This document shows positions 49,831 through 57,856 of a stretch of DNA of 63,983 nt, piece after piece (position 1 is the stretch's first letter; the number at the start of each line of letters is the position of its first letter). The translations under genes were made by a program, and so were the position numbers. The notes below the pieces were generated by a model. That model worked only from the letters and a program-made list of their open reading frames with translations. It did not search any database and had not been told where the DNA came from. The stretch is from a virus (taxonomy: Duplodnaviria > Caudoviricetes): positions 1-63,983 of IMG/VR virus record IMGVR_UViG_3300033076_000750; one strand, written 5' to 3'.

Positions 49831-50030
49831 CATCAAGCCCATCAGCATCATGGCCGCAGGCTCTCGAAGCAGAGCAAGCTCGGCTCAAAGCATTGAAGAG
49901 AAATGCCAAGTTCATGTCCCCAGAGTGGAGGCATCTAAACCAGCAAGTTGCAACTATTGCCAGAGCCACAGAAACGGCATGGCGAGAGTATTATGGCGAA
50001 GTTCACAGAAAGATGACAAATAATCGTTGA
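49827..50030 (+). CDS. Hypothetical protein
   Basis: ATGA-coupled. Confidence 0.5.
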   Translation: MTSSPSASWPQALEAEQARLKALKRNAKFMSPEWRHLNQQVATIARATETAWREYYGEVHRKMTNNR

Positions 50031-50054
50031 CAGGTCCGAGTTCCGACCTACTTG
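50027..50054 (+). promoter_or_regulatory. Promoter with the operator as spacer
   Basis: TGACAAATAATCG-TTGACA-GGTCCGAGTTCCGACC-TACTTG. Confidence 0.75.
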
Positions 50055-50094
50055 TCCATCACGCCAGACAACCCTGAGCGCACCAAACACCAAT

Positions 50095-50340
50095 ATGTAT
50101 TCACTCGACACCATCCGCACCATCAACAACCGTGCCGCCCGCCCGTCAGCCGTCCAGTCCCGTGACTGCTCGGTCTGCTTCAGCCGTGGAGGCGCTGTGA
50201 TCCACTCCGCCCGCCACCGTGACACGGTATTCATCTACGGCACTGCTCCACGCATCATCGCCCGCCTGCGCGCCCTTCGTGGCAATCAGCCAGCGCTGAA
50301 CCGCTACATTGAAACTCTCTACTCCCGCTACTCAGCATGA
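50095..50340 (+). CDS. Hypothetical early protein
   Basis: First ORF after the promoter. Confidence 0.65.
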   Translation: MYSLDTIRTINNRAARPSAVQSRDCSVCFSRGGAVIHSARHRDTVFIYGTAPRIIARLRALRGNQPALNRYIETLYSRYSA

Positions 50341-50555
50341 TCAAGATCGTGATCCACCAATGCCAAATCCCGTCACTTAAAAAACTATTCCCAGGAATAG
50401 AGGCTCGGGAAGGTGTTGGTGGATTGCTTAGCGCAATCAAGGTTCACTTCATTGAACTCGACCACATCTCCAAACGAAAGTGGGACGAATACAATGAACT
50501 GCACGAAGCTATCGCCAGAAAATCATTCATCAGATCATGCACTGCCTCCAAGTAA
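50337..50555 (+). CDS. Hypothetical protein
   Basis: ATGA-coupled. Confidence 0.55.
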   Translation: MIKIVIHQCQIPSLKKLFPGIEAREGVGGLLSAIKVHFIELDHISKRKWDEYNELHEAIARKSFIRSCTASK

Positions 50556-50794
50556 TCCACTCCCTCAACAAGCGTGCTGGCACCCCGTCAGCCGCTTTCG
50601 AGGTATCCCACAAGGGCATCCGAATCGCCAGCCTCAAGCATCTCGATTCGGTGCTCCTGCCTAACAACTCGCTCCGCGATCACGAGCACTCAGGATACTC
50701 GCAGATCATCCGCAACATCCGCATCCTGGAGCGCGAGAAGCCTGAAGCGCTTCCACGCTACGCCGAAGACCTCTACAAACGATTCAAGCTATGA
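50537..50794 (+). CDS. Hypothetical protein
   Basis: Coupled ORF. Confidence 0.55.
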   Translation: MHCLQVIHSLNKRAGTPSAAFEVSHKGIRIASLKHLDSVLLPNNSLRDHEHSGYSQIIRNIRILEREKPEALPRYAEDLYKRFKL

Positions 50795-50997
50795 AAACGC
50801 TGCATCTCAGCCCTCACCAAGAGACACACCTCATTATCACCTTAAACTGCGAGCTGAGAACTACCACGTGTGCCACCTCGCACCCACTGAATGAAGTTTT
50901 CCGTCAACTTGTTGGCCGCGACCATGATGTCTATGCCCGTTGTCACCCAGATCGCGTAAAACCTAACGAACCGTGGTATAAGGAGAAATCAAAATGA
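50791..50997 (+). CDS. Hypothetical protein
   Basis: ATGA-coupled. Confidence 0.55.
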   Translation: MKTLHLSPHQETHLIITLNCELRTTTCATSHPLNEVFRQLVGRDHDVYARCHPDRVKPNEPWYKEKSK

Positions 50998-51263
50998 TCA
51001 CCGGCAATTTTTACACCTTCGACCCGGGATCACGCGCCCGCGAGTTCCTCCCCGTCATTCCCCGAGACTCCATCGGCAAGCCTGCCACCGAGATCGAGAG
51101 CACGACCACCCAGCGCATACACGCGGGCGACCTCCTGCGCATAGTCCACGACAACGGAGACGGCAGTGTGTTCGTCTCGCACCCAGCGATGAACGGCTAC
51201 GGCATCACATTCGCATCCTCGCTCAAGGAGTGCGAGCAACCACCCACACAAGACGAGCTATGA
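50994..51263 (+). CDS. Hypothetical protein
   Basis: ATGA-coupled. Confidence 0.6.
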   Translation: MITGNFYTFDPGSRAREFLPVIPRDSIGKPATEIESTTTQRIHAGDLLRIVHDNGDGSVFVSHPAMNGYGITFASSLKECEQPPTQDEL

Positions 51264-51658
51264 AACGCACATTCCCATCCTCACTCATCCGCCCCCAGCC
51301 ACGCGCAGAACTTCCATCGCTGTTCAACACCAGGAGACAGGCGGGCGTGACCTGGAGCGAGAGCAGCCAAGACTACGTCCCGGTTTACAAGCCAACCCCA
51401 AAGCCAGGGCGCACGCACCAGCAACGCATGGCGAACCTCGATGCCGTGACCATCCATGTGCGCGACAACACGATCCACGACCGGCACCCACTCCGCCGCA
51501 TCTACTCGAACGCTGACATAACGCCACGCAAGGCGCGTCTGGAGCGTGAGCGCAGAGAGACGCACGCAGCAATCAAATCGGTGGCATTCAGCGTGGCTGG
51601 CGCTATTATCCTGGCAGCAGGAGCGCTCGCTGGCTTCTTCCTATCCACAATCAACTAA
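51260..51658 (+). CDS. Hypothetical protein with C-terminal TM helix
   Basis: ATGA-coupled; hydrophobic C-terminus. Confidence 0.6.
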   Translation: MKRTFPSSLIRPQPRAELPSLFNTRRQAGVTWSESSQDYVPVYKPTPKPGRTHQQRMANLDAVTIHVRDNTIHDRHPLRRIYSNADITPRKARLERERRETHAAIKSVAFSVAGAIILAAGALAGFFLSTIN

Positions 51659-51660
51659 CC

Positions 51661-51879
51661 ATGAGTGACGCTACTCCATGCAAAGACGAAGATGACTGCA
51701 CCATGTATCCATGGTGCGCAGGAAAGACCGTTTGCGGAAAAGTGGCGAACCAACAACTCGCCAAACCGATGACGGATGAGCAACGCCGAGCAGATCGAAT
51801 CGAGGTCCAGAAGCTGCATCCTGGGAACCGATTCCGCCTCATGTTCGGCCAACCACTTTTACCACAAAACGACAAATGA
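51661..51879 (+). CDS. Hypothetical Cys-rich protein
   Basis: ORF coupled to the next gene. Confidence 0.5.
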   Translation: MSDATPCKDEDDCTMYPWCAGKTVCGKVANQQLAKPMTDEQRRADRIEVQKLHPGNRFRLMFGQPLLPQNDK

Positions 51880-53165
51880 AACACGAATACACCCCCGAAA
51901 CGATTCAGGTCGCCATTGACGCGGCTTGTGCATCCGACAACGTCGCTGGAGAACTTCACACATCGCCAACGTCCAGATGGTGGGAGGAACAAGCTGACTC
52001 TCGCCTCACGCTAGCCCGCGAGCTTCTCGAACGCCTGCCAGAGCCCACGCCCCCCGTGGTTCAAAAACTGTGGACAGTATGTGCTCGCCTTGATTGCCCA
52101 GAGAAAGTCACACACTATGAAGGATCGTGCCCGGAATGCACCGCACGCCATACGCTGCCCGTAGCCGTCCTCGCTGCGTTTGGAGGCAACTTGGAAGCCG
52201 CGATTGCGCGGATGGAGGCGGTGCCTTTGGATGAACTCAAGCAAGAGATTTTCAAGGTGGCGATCTCTTTCTCGCCAGCAGGCACCGAGGCAGTCCGCGC
52301 CCGCCTCATCGCCGCCGCCAGGGGCCAAGGAGAGTCCGTGGACTGGAAGTCGAAGTATAATGACCTGCAAAAGAGGTTACAGCCAGACCCTGGCGGCAGC
52401 GACAAAATTGACGAGCTTGAATCGGCCAACGCACTTATTCTAGCCAGAGCCGAGAAGGCCGAGTCCGAGCTTGCCGACGAAAAGCGCAAACGCCTCTACG
52501 CCGAGGAACATCTTGGAATCCTTGCCAAGACGTTCGGCTATGAAGGTAGAACGTGGTGCAATATGGTTAGCTATTTGTGCCCACGTTTGCAGAAGGCGGA
52601 AGAAATGAATGCAGAGCTTATCCTGAAAAGGAATGAGCGACTGACCCAACTCCGCCCACTCTCCGAAGCCGGGCCTGTGCCAGCGGGGTGCGTGCGGTTT
52701 TACGGGCAGTTTTGCCCAGACGGTAAATGGTATCTTGGTTATGAACATCAAAAAAACGACACCCACTTCGCCTCCATCCGCCTGCCGTCTCCTGCCTCCA
52801 GTCAGCCAGTCGGAATCAACGGACTAACAGACGAAGAAACATCAAAGACAGCTAGTGTAGTAGGTCTTTCCCAGCCTGCCGACGAGCTAACGCCAGAGGC
52901 TACCAAAACAAGCCCACCAGCCTATGTCGGCTACATGACAGACGAAGCGCCGTCGCCAACTCCTGTGGCCACCCTGCCATCGCCACCTTGGACCCCCAAA
53001 GTCGGCGACACCGTGAAGCTGAAATCTAGCGGGCCGGTGATGACTGTTCTTGGCTTCTACAAAGATGATGACTGCCTATGCGGCTGGCACGATGGGGCTA
53101 AACCAATTAGCGCACAGTATCCAGCCGCCTGCCTCGAACCCGCAACGAAGGAGGACGCACAATGA
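51876..53165 (+). CDS. Mosaic hypothetical protein with C-terminal DUF2158/YodC-like domain
   Basis: KVGDTVKLKSSGPVMTV...CGW.DG. Confidence 0.7.
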   Translation: MKHEYTPETIQVAIDAACASDNVAGELHTSPTSRWWEEQADSRLTLARELLERLPEPTPPVVQKLWTVCARLDCPEKVTHYEGSCPECTARHTLPVAVLAAFGGNLEAAIARMEAVPLDELKQEIFKVAISFSPAGTEAVRARLIAAARGQGESVDWKSKYNDLQKRLQPDPGGSDKIDELESANALILARAEKAESELADEKRKRLYAEEHLGILAKTFGYEGRTWCNMVSYLCPRLQKAEEMNAELILKRNERLTQLRPLSEAGPVPAGCVRFYGQFCPDGKWYLGYEHQKNDTHFASIRLPSPASSQPVGINGLTDEETSKTASVVGLSQPADELTPEATKTSPPAYVGYMTDEAPSPTPVATLPSPPWTPKVGDTVKLKSSGPVMTVLGFYKDDDCLCGWHDGAKPISAQYPAACLEPATKEDAQ

Positions 53166-53413
53166 AGCTACGCCCCTACCACAATCCGAATAACGCCGAC
53201 GAGTCACTTGTGCCCGCAGGCTGGCGGATGCTCTACGCCGACGAGTTCCCAATGCCCGTTTGCCACGCAGTTCCATGCCGACTATTCATTAGGCCAATGA
53301 TCATCGAAGATTCTGACTACAACGATCCCGACTGCACCCCTCGGTTCGGCAATCGGACAGGATGCACGGGACGCATTCGTTCACTCACCTACATCATCCC
53401 TGTCAACGCATGA
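53162..53413 (+). CDS. Hypothetical protein
   Basis: ATGA-coupled. Confidence 0.55.
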   Translation: MKLRPYHNPNNADESLVPAGWRMLYADEFPMPVCHAVPCRLFIRPMIIEDSDYNDPDCTPRFGNRTGCTGRIRSLTYIIPVNA

Positions 53414-53751
53414 TCACAGCATTCCAGCAGAAGCCAGTAAAGCGCCTTACCTACGCCGAAAAGCGCAAGGCTGGACTCGTGGAACCAAAGCCACGAACTC
53501 GCCTCAAAGGCGTGAGCAAAAAGCATGGGGAGTGGCTGGCGAAGTATCACGCTCAGATTGATCAAGACTCGCTTAACCAGGAGTGCTTCCGATGCCACAT
53601 CCAGGGGACCAAACACATCCTGGAGCGCCATCACACACACGGCAGAAACAAAGAACTAATCTTGCGTTATTCTTACTGCTGCTCAACCTGTCACGCATGG
53701 ATACATCAACACGCCAACCAAGCCCGCAAGCAAGGGCTTTTATTCTTCTAA
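53410..53751 (+). CDS. HNH-like zinc-binding protein
   Basis: CFRC..HHTHGR..CSTCHAWIH. Confidence 0.65.
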   Translation: MITAFQQKPVKRLTYAEKRKAGLVEPKPRTRLKGVSKKHGEWLAKYHAQIDQDSLNQECFRCHIQGTKHILERHHTHGRNKELILRYSYCCSTCHAWIHQHANQARKQGLLFF

Positions 53752-53760
53752 CCAACTGAT

Positions 53761-53958
53761 ATGGCATCCAAAGACACCAAGCTCAACGAGGCGCTGAAAA
53801 GGCGCGGACTCTCGATGCGACACACGAGAACAGCAAAGTCCGACAACGATTACCTGGGGATAATCGAGGAGAATAAAAAGGTCCGAAGTCGAGTCAGTCG
53901 GCTGGCTGGCTTCAGGGTGAGCAAGCCGGGGCTTTTGGCACTCATGGATGAAGAATGA
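53761..53958 (+). CDS. Hypothetical protein
   Basis: ORF track. Confidence 0.5.
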   Translation: MASKDTKLNEALKRRGLSMRHTRTAKSDNDYLGIIEENKKVRSRVSRLAGFRVSKPGLLALMDEE

Positions 53959-53968
53959 TAAATAATCT

Positions 53969-53996
53969 TTGACAGGTCCGAGTTCCGACCTATTCA
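53969..53996 (+). promoter_or_regulatory. Promoter with the operator as spacer
   Basis: TGATAAATAATCT-TTGACA-GGTCCGAGTTCCGACC-TATTCA. Confidence 0.75.
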
Positions 53997-54031
53997 TAGC
54001 GCCACGGGAAACCGCACCAAACACCAACGCC

Positions 54032-55345
54032 ATGAATATCACCATCCGCAACCTCGTCGCCTTCGGCAGCAAGATCGACAAACTCAACCGTCGCGCCAAA
54101 CGCCTTGGCTTACCCGAGATCACTTACACCGTAGCCGGTGAGCGCCAGGAAGACGCTGACATCTTTGAGATCGCTGAAGGCGAGGCTCGCAAGGTGGGCA
54201 CCGAAAAGATCATCGTCCACGACCTCGTGCTCAACAACGTAGAGCCCGTCAAAGTCAATGGATGGTCCTTCGCTGCCGTTCTTGAGCCCCTCGGCGAGCG
54301 CAACCTCATCCTGCCAGTATTCGGCACTGAGGTGCCTGAGCGCTTCCTCACATCTGGATGCGCCTGCGAGCATTGCGGAAAGCATCGCTCCCGCAAGAAC
54401 GTGTTCGTCATCCGCAATGGCGACGACTTCAAGCAAGTGGGCCGCGCCTGCCTGCGTGACTTTGTGGGCTCCGACAGCGCCGAGACGGTCGCCAACCAGT
54501 TCGCATTCTACGGCGAGATTTACTACGACCTCGATGCCTATTGCCGTGGCGAGCGCGACCTTTGGTCTGGAGGCGGCGAGCGCAGCTACGACCTGGAGCA
54601 CGTTCTGCCAATCGTGGTCGCCCACTTGAACGAGTTTGAGTTCGTGTCCGGCACCAAGTCATTCAACATCGGCACACCATCCACTAAGACCGTGATCAAG
54701 TTGGAGCTGACGGCACCCGAAAAGAAGATCAAGGTCACTGATGCGGACATCGCTGAAGCAGAGAAGATCATCGAGTTCTTTGCCAGCCTCCCCCAGGACA
54801 AACTCATCACTCGCCGCCGCCTCCAAAAGCTCGATGAGTATGGAAACTTCCTCGGCTACGAGTGGGAGGCTTCACCTAACCAATACCTCTGGAACATTCA
54901 CACTATCTGCGCTGCCGGATACTTCGGCGAGAAGGCGCTCGGCATCGTTTGCTCGATTGTCACAGCCTACGACAACCATATCAAGGGCGAAGCCCGTCAG
55001 CTTGCCCAGGAGGCTCTCCGCGCATCCTCCCGCCACGAGGGCACCAAAGGCGACCGTATCGAGATCACTGGCACCATCATCCGCACGTTCAGCTTCGACA
55101 CTGAGTTCGGCACCACGCACAAGATCGTTCTGAATGCCGGTGGACTCTGCTACGTCGTCAGCGAGCCAAAGACGTTTCTGGATGGCAAGGAAGTGCTGAA
55201 CCTGGACGAGGGTCACACGATCAAATTCAAAGGCACCATCAAGGGCTTCAGCGAGTTCAACGGCGTGAAGCAGATCGACCTCCTCCGCCCCTCGAAGGCG
55301 GAGTTCATCAGCCTGCCCCACACAATCCCACAAGATGATAAATAA
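54032..55345 (+). CDS. Conserved phage protein with zinc finger and C-terminal OB-like fold
   Basis: GWSFAAVLE, CEHC..R.R..QVG..CL.DF; C-terminal KGTIK..EFNGVKQ..L.RP. Confidence 0.75.
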   Translation: MNITIRNLVAFGSKIDKLNRRAKRLGLPEITYTVAGERQEDADIFEIAEGEARKVGTEKIIVHDLVLNNVEPVKVNGWSFAAVLEPLGERNLILPVFGTEVPERFLTSGCACEHCGKHRSRKNVFVIRNGDDFKQVGRACLRDFVGSDSAETVANQFAFYGEIYYDLDAYCRGERDLWSGGGERSYDLEHVLPIVVAHLNEFEFVSGTKSFNIGTPSTKTVIKLELTAPEKKIKVTDADIAEAEKIIEFFASLPQDKLITRRRLQKLDEYGNFLGYEWEASPNQYLWNIHTICAAGYFGEKALGIVCSIVTAYDNHIKGEARQLAQEALRASSRHEGTKGDRIEITGTIIRTFSFDTEFGTTHKIVLNAGGLCYVVSEPKTFLDGKEVLNLDEGHTIKFKGTIKGFSEFNGVKQIDLLRPSKAEFISLPHTIPQDDK

Positions 55346-55349
55346 TCCG

Positions 55350-55377
55350 TTGACAGGTCCGAGTTCGGACCTACTCT
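55350..55377 (+). promoter_or_regulatory. Promoter with the operator as spacer
   Basis: TGATAAATAATCCG-TTGACA-GGTCCGAGTTCGGACC-TACTCT. Confidence 0.8.
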
Positions 55378-55402
55378 CCATCACGCCACAAGCGCACCAA
55401 AT

Positions 55403-55792
55403 ATGAAAACCACCCCACGCCAAGCCCTAACCAACGCAGTCAACAAAGCCATCGCCACTGGCTCTCCAGTGATCACGGAGATCGCTCCCGTCACCTTCAC
55501 CGTCATCGCAGTCTCCAAGAACGCCAACTCGTTTGGGCTTCACAGCATCATCATCCTGGCAAAGGATGGCACAGGCTGGCAACTACTGAAGTCGTCCGAC
55601 CTGCCAAAGGCTGGAGACGACCTCACATTCGAGATCGCCAACGGGCACCTTGTGTTCCCACGCTTCCACTCCTACGAGTGCCCAACCGAGCTTCCAAAGC
55701 TCGAAGCCAAGCAAGCCGCCAAGCTCATCAAGTCCACCAAGAGACTAGCTGATCTGGTTAGAATTCAATCAACAATTCAAATCATTTTCTAA
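55403..55792 (+). CDS. Hypothetical early protein
   Basis: First ORF after the promoter. Confidence 0.65.
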   Translation: MKTTPRQALTNAVNKAIATGSPVITEIAPVTFTVIAVSKNANSFGLHSIIILAKDGTGWQLLKSSDLPKAGDDLTFEIANGHLVFPRFHSYECPTELPKLEAKQAAKLIKSTKRLADLVRIQSTIQIIF

Positions 55793-55814
55793 CCATAAAA
55801 CAAATTCACCCACT

Positions 55815-56210
55815 ATGATCATCAGAAACGCTCTCCCCTCCCTCGGCACCCAGCCGTTCTCCAACATCCGCTTTGTCATCGGAACTGGCAAGACCAAGCA
55901 CGGCGGCGACATCCACTTCAGTGATCTACACGATTCTCTCCAGGAGATCAGGGCTCAGCTCGCCAAGCTCTTCGGTGGCTACACCGAAACCACCGGGCGT
56001 GGCGGATGGTATGACGAGGCTCGCGGAGTCCTGGTCGAAGAGACGAACGTGATCTTCGATGTGGCTATCCCAACCGAGATCGCATTCTACAGCGCCAGAT
56101 ACGATCAAGAAATCGCCAAGGCCCAGGATGTCGTGGACCTCGCCAAGCGCATCCTCCAGCAAGAGTGCGCGCTCGTTCAATTCAGCTACGGACAATCAGC
56201 CATCGTCTAA
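55815..56210 (+). CDS. DUF3574-like (PII-fold) hypothetical protein
   Basis: FGGYT...GGW.D..G..VEE...L.QEC. Confidence 0.55.
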   Translation: MIIRNALPSLGTQPFSNIRFVIGTGKTKHGGDIHFSDLHDSLQEIRAQLAKLFGGYTETTGRGGWYDEARGVLVEETNVIFDVAIPTEIAFYSARYDQEIAKAQDVVDLAKRILQQECALVQFSYGQSAIV

Positions 56211-56212
56211 CC

Positions 56213-56551
56213 ATGAACTCCACCGACACATCCTTCCATAAGCCGTTCCAGCACTCCGGCCAATCTTGGGCAAGCCCAGGTCACACAAAGATCGTCGCCG
56301 ACCTCACGCGCCACGTCTATCCATGCGGATGCACGACCGCAGGTGACGGCTCGGGATCATCCCCGATCCGCATCATCTACTGTGCGGTTCACGACAAGGC
56401 ACACAAGACACGCAATGTGCTTGGCGACCTCCTCAACACGCTCCCAAACTATGTGAGCACCGACACGAGAAGCCGATTGGCTTGGCATGAGGCACAGCGC
56501 CACTTCGGCAACCTCACATCATCACCCGCATCACCAATCACAAAGCAATGA
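56213..56551 (+). CDS. Hypothetical protein
   Basis: Coupled ORF. Confidence 0.55.
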   Translation: MNSTDTSFHKPFQHSGQSWASPGHTKIVADLTRHVYPCGCTTAGDGSGSSPIRIIYCAVHDKAHKTRNVLGDLLNTLPNYVSTDTRSRLAWHEAQRHFGNLTSSPASPITKQ

Positions 56552-56799
56552 GTGACGATTCCAACCTTCTCGACTACGAGCGGCTGATAGAGGCGTCAGC
56601 TATATCGAAAGCGATCTTCACCCTGGAGGGCGAGAGCGTCCTGATTCGTAACGCCTTCCGCTGGAAGCTCGACGGCATGGTTGTATCTAACGCCTATGAG
56701 TCATTCAGCATGGAGCAAGTCTGCGAAGAGCGAGGCTGGAAAATTGTCACCAAATACGGAGAGCACATTGGAATCATCATCACCAAACCAAATGAGTAA
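56548..56799 (+). CDS. Hypothetical protein
   Basis: ATGA-coupled. Confidence 0.55.
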   Translation: MSDDSNLLDYERLIEASAISKAIFTLEGESVLIRNAFRWKLDGMVVSNAYESFSMEQVCEERGWKIVTKYGEHIGIIITKPNE

Positions 56800-56843
56800 T
56801 AAACAAGGCAGCCCCCGCCGTTGCCAGCATCCACTTGTTAGCC

Positions 56844-57074
56844 ATGCTTGAAATCACTGAACTGCAAAAAGGCCGTGAGACGACGTTCGAGGAACGCGCC
56901 ACATGGGGAACCTGTCCAACCTGCAAAGCGGGTCCGGGCGAATGGTGTCACGCCGATGCCGGAATCCAACTCGGGACGCCTGCGGGCGGCGGGCGGATGA
57001 AGGATGGAGATGGAGCGCATCTTGGGCGACTCCAAAACGCTCCCCGCCGGATCAAACTCGTTTCCTGTGGCTAA
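56844..57074 (+). CDS. Cassette 1 gene, zinc-finger-like hypothetical protein
   Basis: CPTCKAGPGEWC...H..R; TAA stop lies inside GGCTAAC. Confidence 0.6.
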   Translation: MLEITELQKGRETTFEERATWGTCPTCKAGPGEWCHADAGIQLGTPAGGGRMKDGDGAHLGRLQNAPRRIKLVSCG

Positions 57075-57172
57075 CGACACAGATGAGATGACCCGGAGGG
57101 TCGCGAAATAACTACGATGAAAACGACTGATCTACACCGGCCCGAGGGGTCATCTCCAGCGCCTTGTTCTCA
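57069..57172 (+). repeat. attC-like site 1
   Basis: GGCTAAC..GAGATGACCC...GGGTCATCTC..GTTCTCA. Confidence 0.65.
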
Positions 57173-57398
57173 CCCGATTTTGGCGCAGGCTGGCGTTGCT
57201 GAGGGCGATCTTGTTTGGTGGACAAATTCACTGACTTTGAACGGCGTCAAATGCGAGCCTCACGCCTGCAAAGTAATCGGCGTCCACCTTTCGACATCAG
57301 AGTGCAATAAAGGCACGCCAGCCGTGCATGTCGTCGATGAACAAGGGCGCGGATACCGAGCCTACCCTGGCGAGCTGAGGCTGCGTGAGAACGCATAG
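57117..57398 (+). CDS. Cassette 2 gene, hypothetical protein (start inside the upstream attC)
   Basis: MKTTDLHRPEGSSPAPCS reads through GTT into the cassette. Confidence 0.55.
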   Translation: MKTTDLHRPEGSSPAPCSHPILAQAGVAEGDLVWWTNSLTLNGVKCEPHACKVIGVHLSTSECNKGTPAVHVVDEQGRGYRAYPGELRLRENA

Positions 57399-57474
57399 CT
57401 ATGAGACGCCGATCCAAAGCCCAACCTACACCAAAGGAGACCGCCCGGCGTTCTCATCAGCGCCTTGTTCAGCG
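57385..57474 (+). repeat. attC-like site 2
   Basis: TGAGAAC..ATGAGACGCCG...CGGCG(T)TCTCAT..GTTCAGC with an extrahelical base. Confidence 0.65.
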
Positions 57475-57772
57475 CTGCAAATTTGGGTGCCGCCGAGTGC
57501 CCATCTGGCAGGGGATGTGTGGGCCATGTCTCGATCTTCACTGGTAATCAGTTCACCTCAAATAACCCAAGACGCTAACAACATGATCCATATCCGCAAA
57601 AACGTCATCAGCGGCCAGAGTAATGGCTGCTATCCTGTGCATTCAGTTCCGCTATACGCAGATTCTATTCCGCCGCTGGTGGAGCAGGTCTGATAAGCAA
57701 GGACTACACATCTACCTGTGGGCACCTGTCCACAATCCTGAAACCGGCTACCGCTGCCAGCGCCTCGGTATT

Positions 57773-57821
57773 CGCTGAACAAGTAGCTCACCGACTTTGT
57801 TCGGTGAAGCGAAAGTTCGGC
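57773..57821 (+). repeat. attC-like site 3 (short)
   Basis: GCTGAAC..GCTCACCGA-CTTTGT-TCGGTG(A)AGC..GTTCGGC. Confidence 0.6.
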
Positions 57822-57856
57822 ATTGAACATCGCCAATAGGTCCAATATGTTTGCGA

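Larger units (their letters stand above)
56837..57821 (+). mobile_element. Array of three integron-like gene cassettes with attC-like sites (no integrase; CALIN-like)
   Basis: Cassette ends are 8-bp reverse complements: GTTAGCCA/TGGCTAAC, GTTCTCAC/GTGAGAAC, GTTCAGCG/CGCTGAAC; a hairpin lies between each AAC and the next GTT. Confidence 0.7.
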
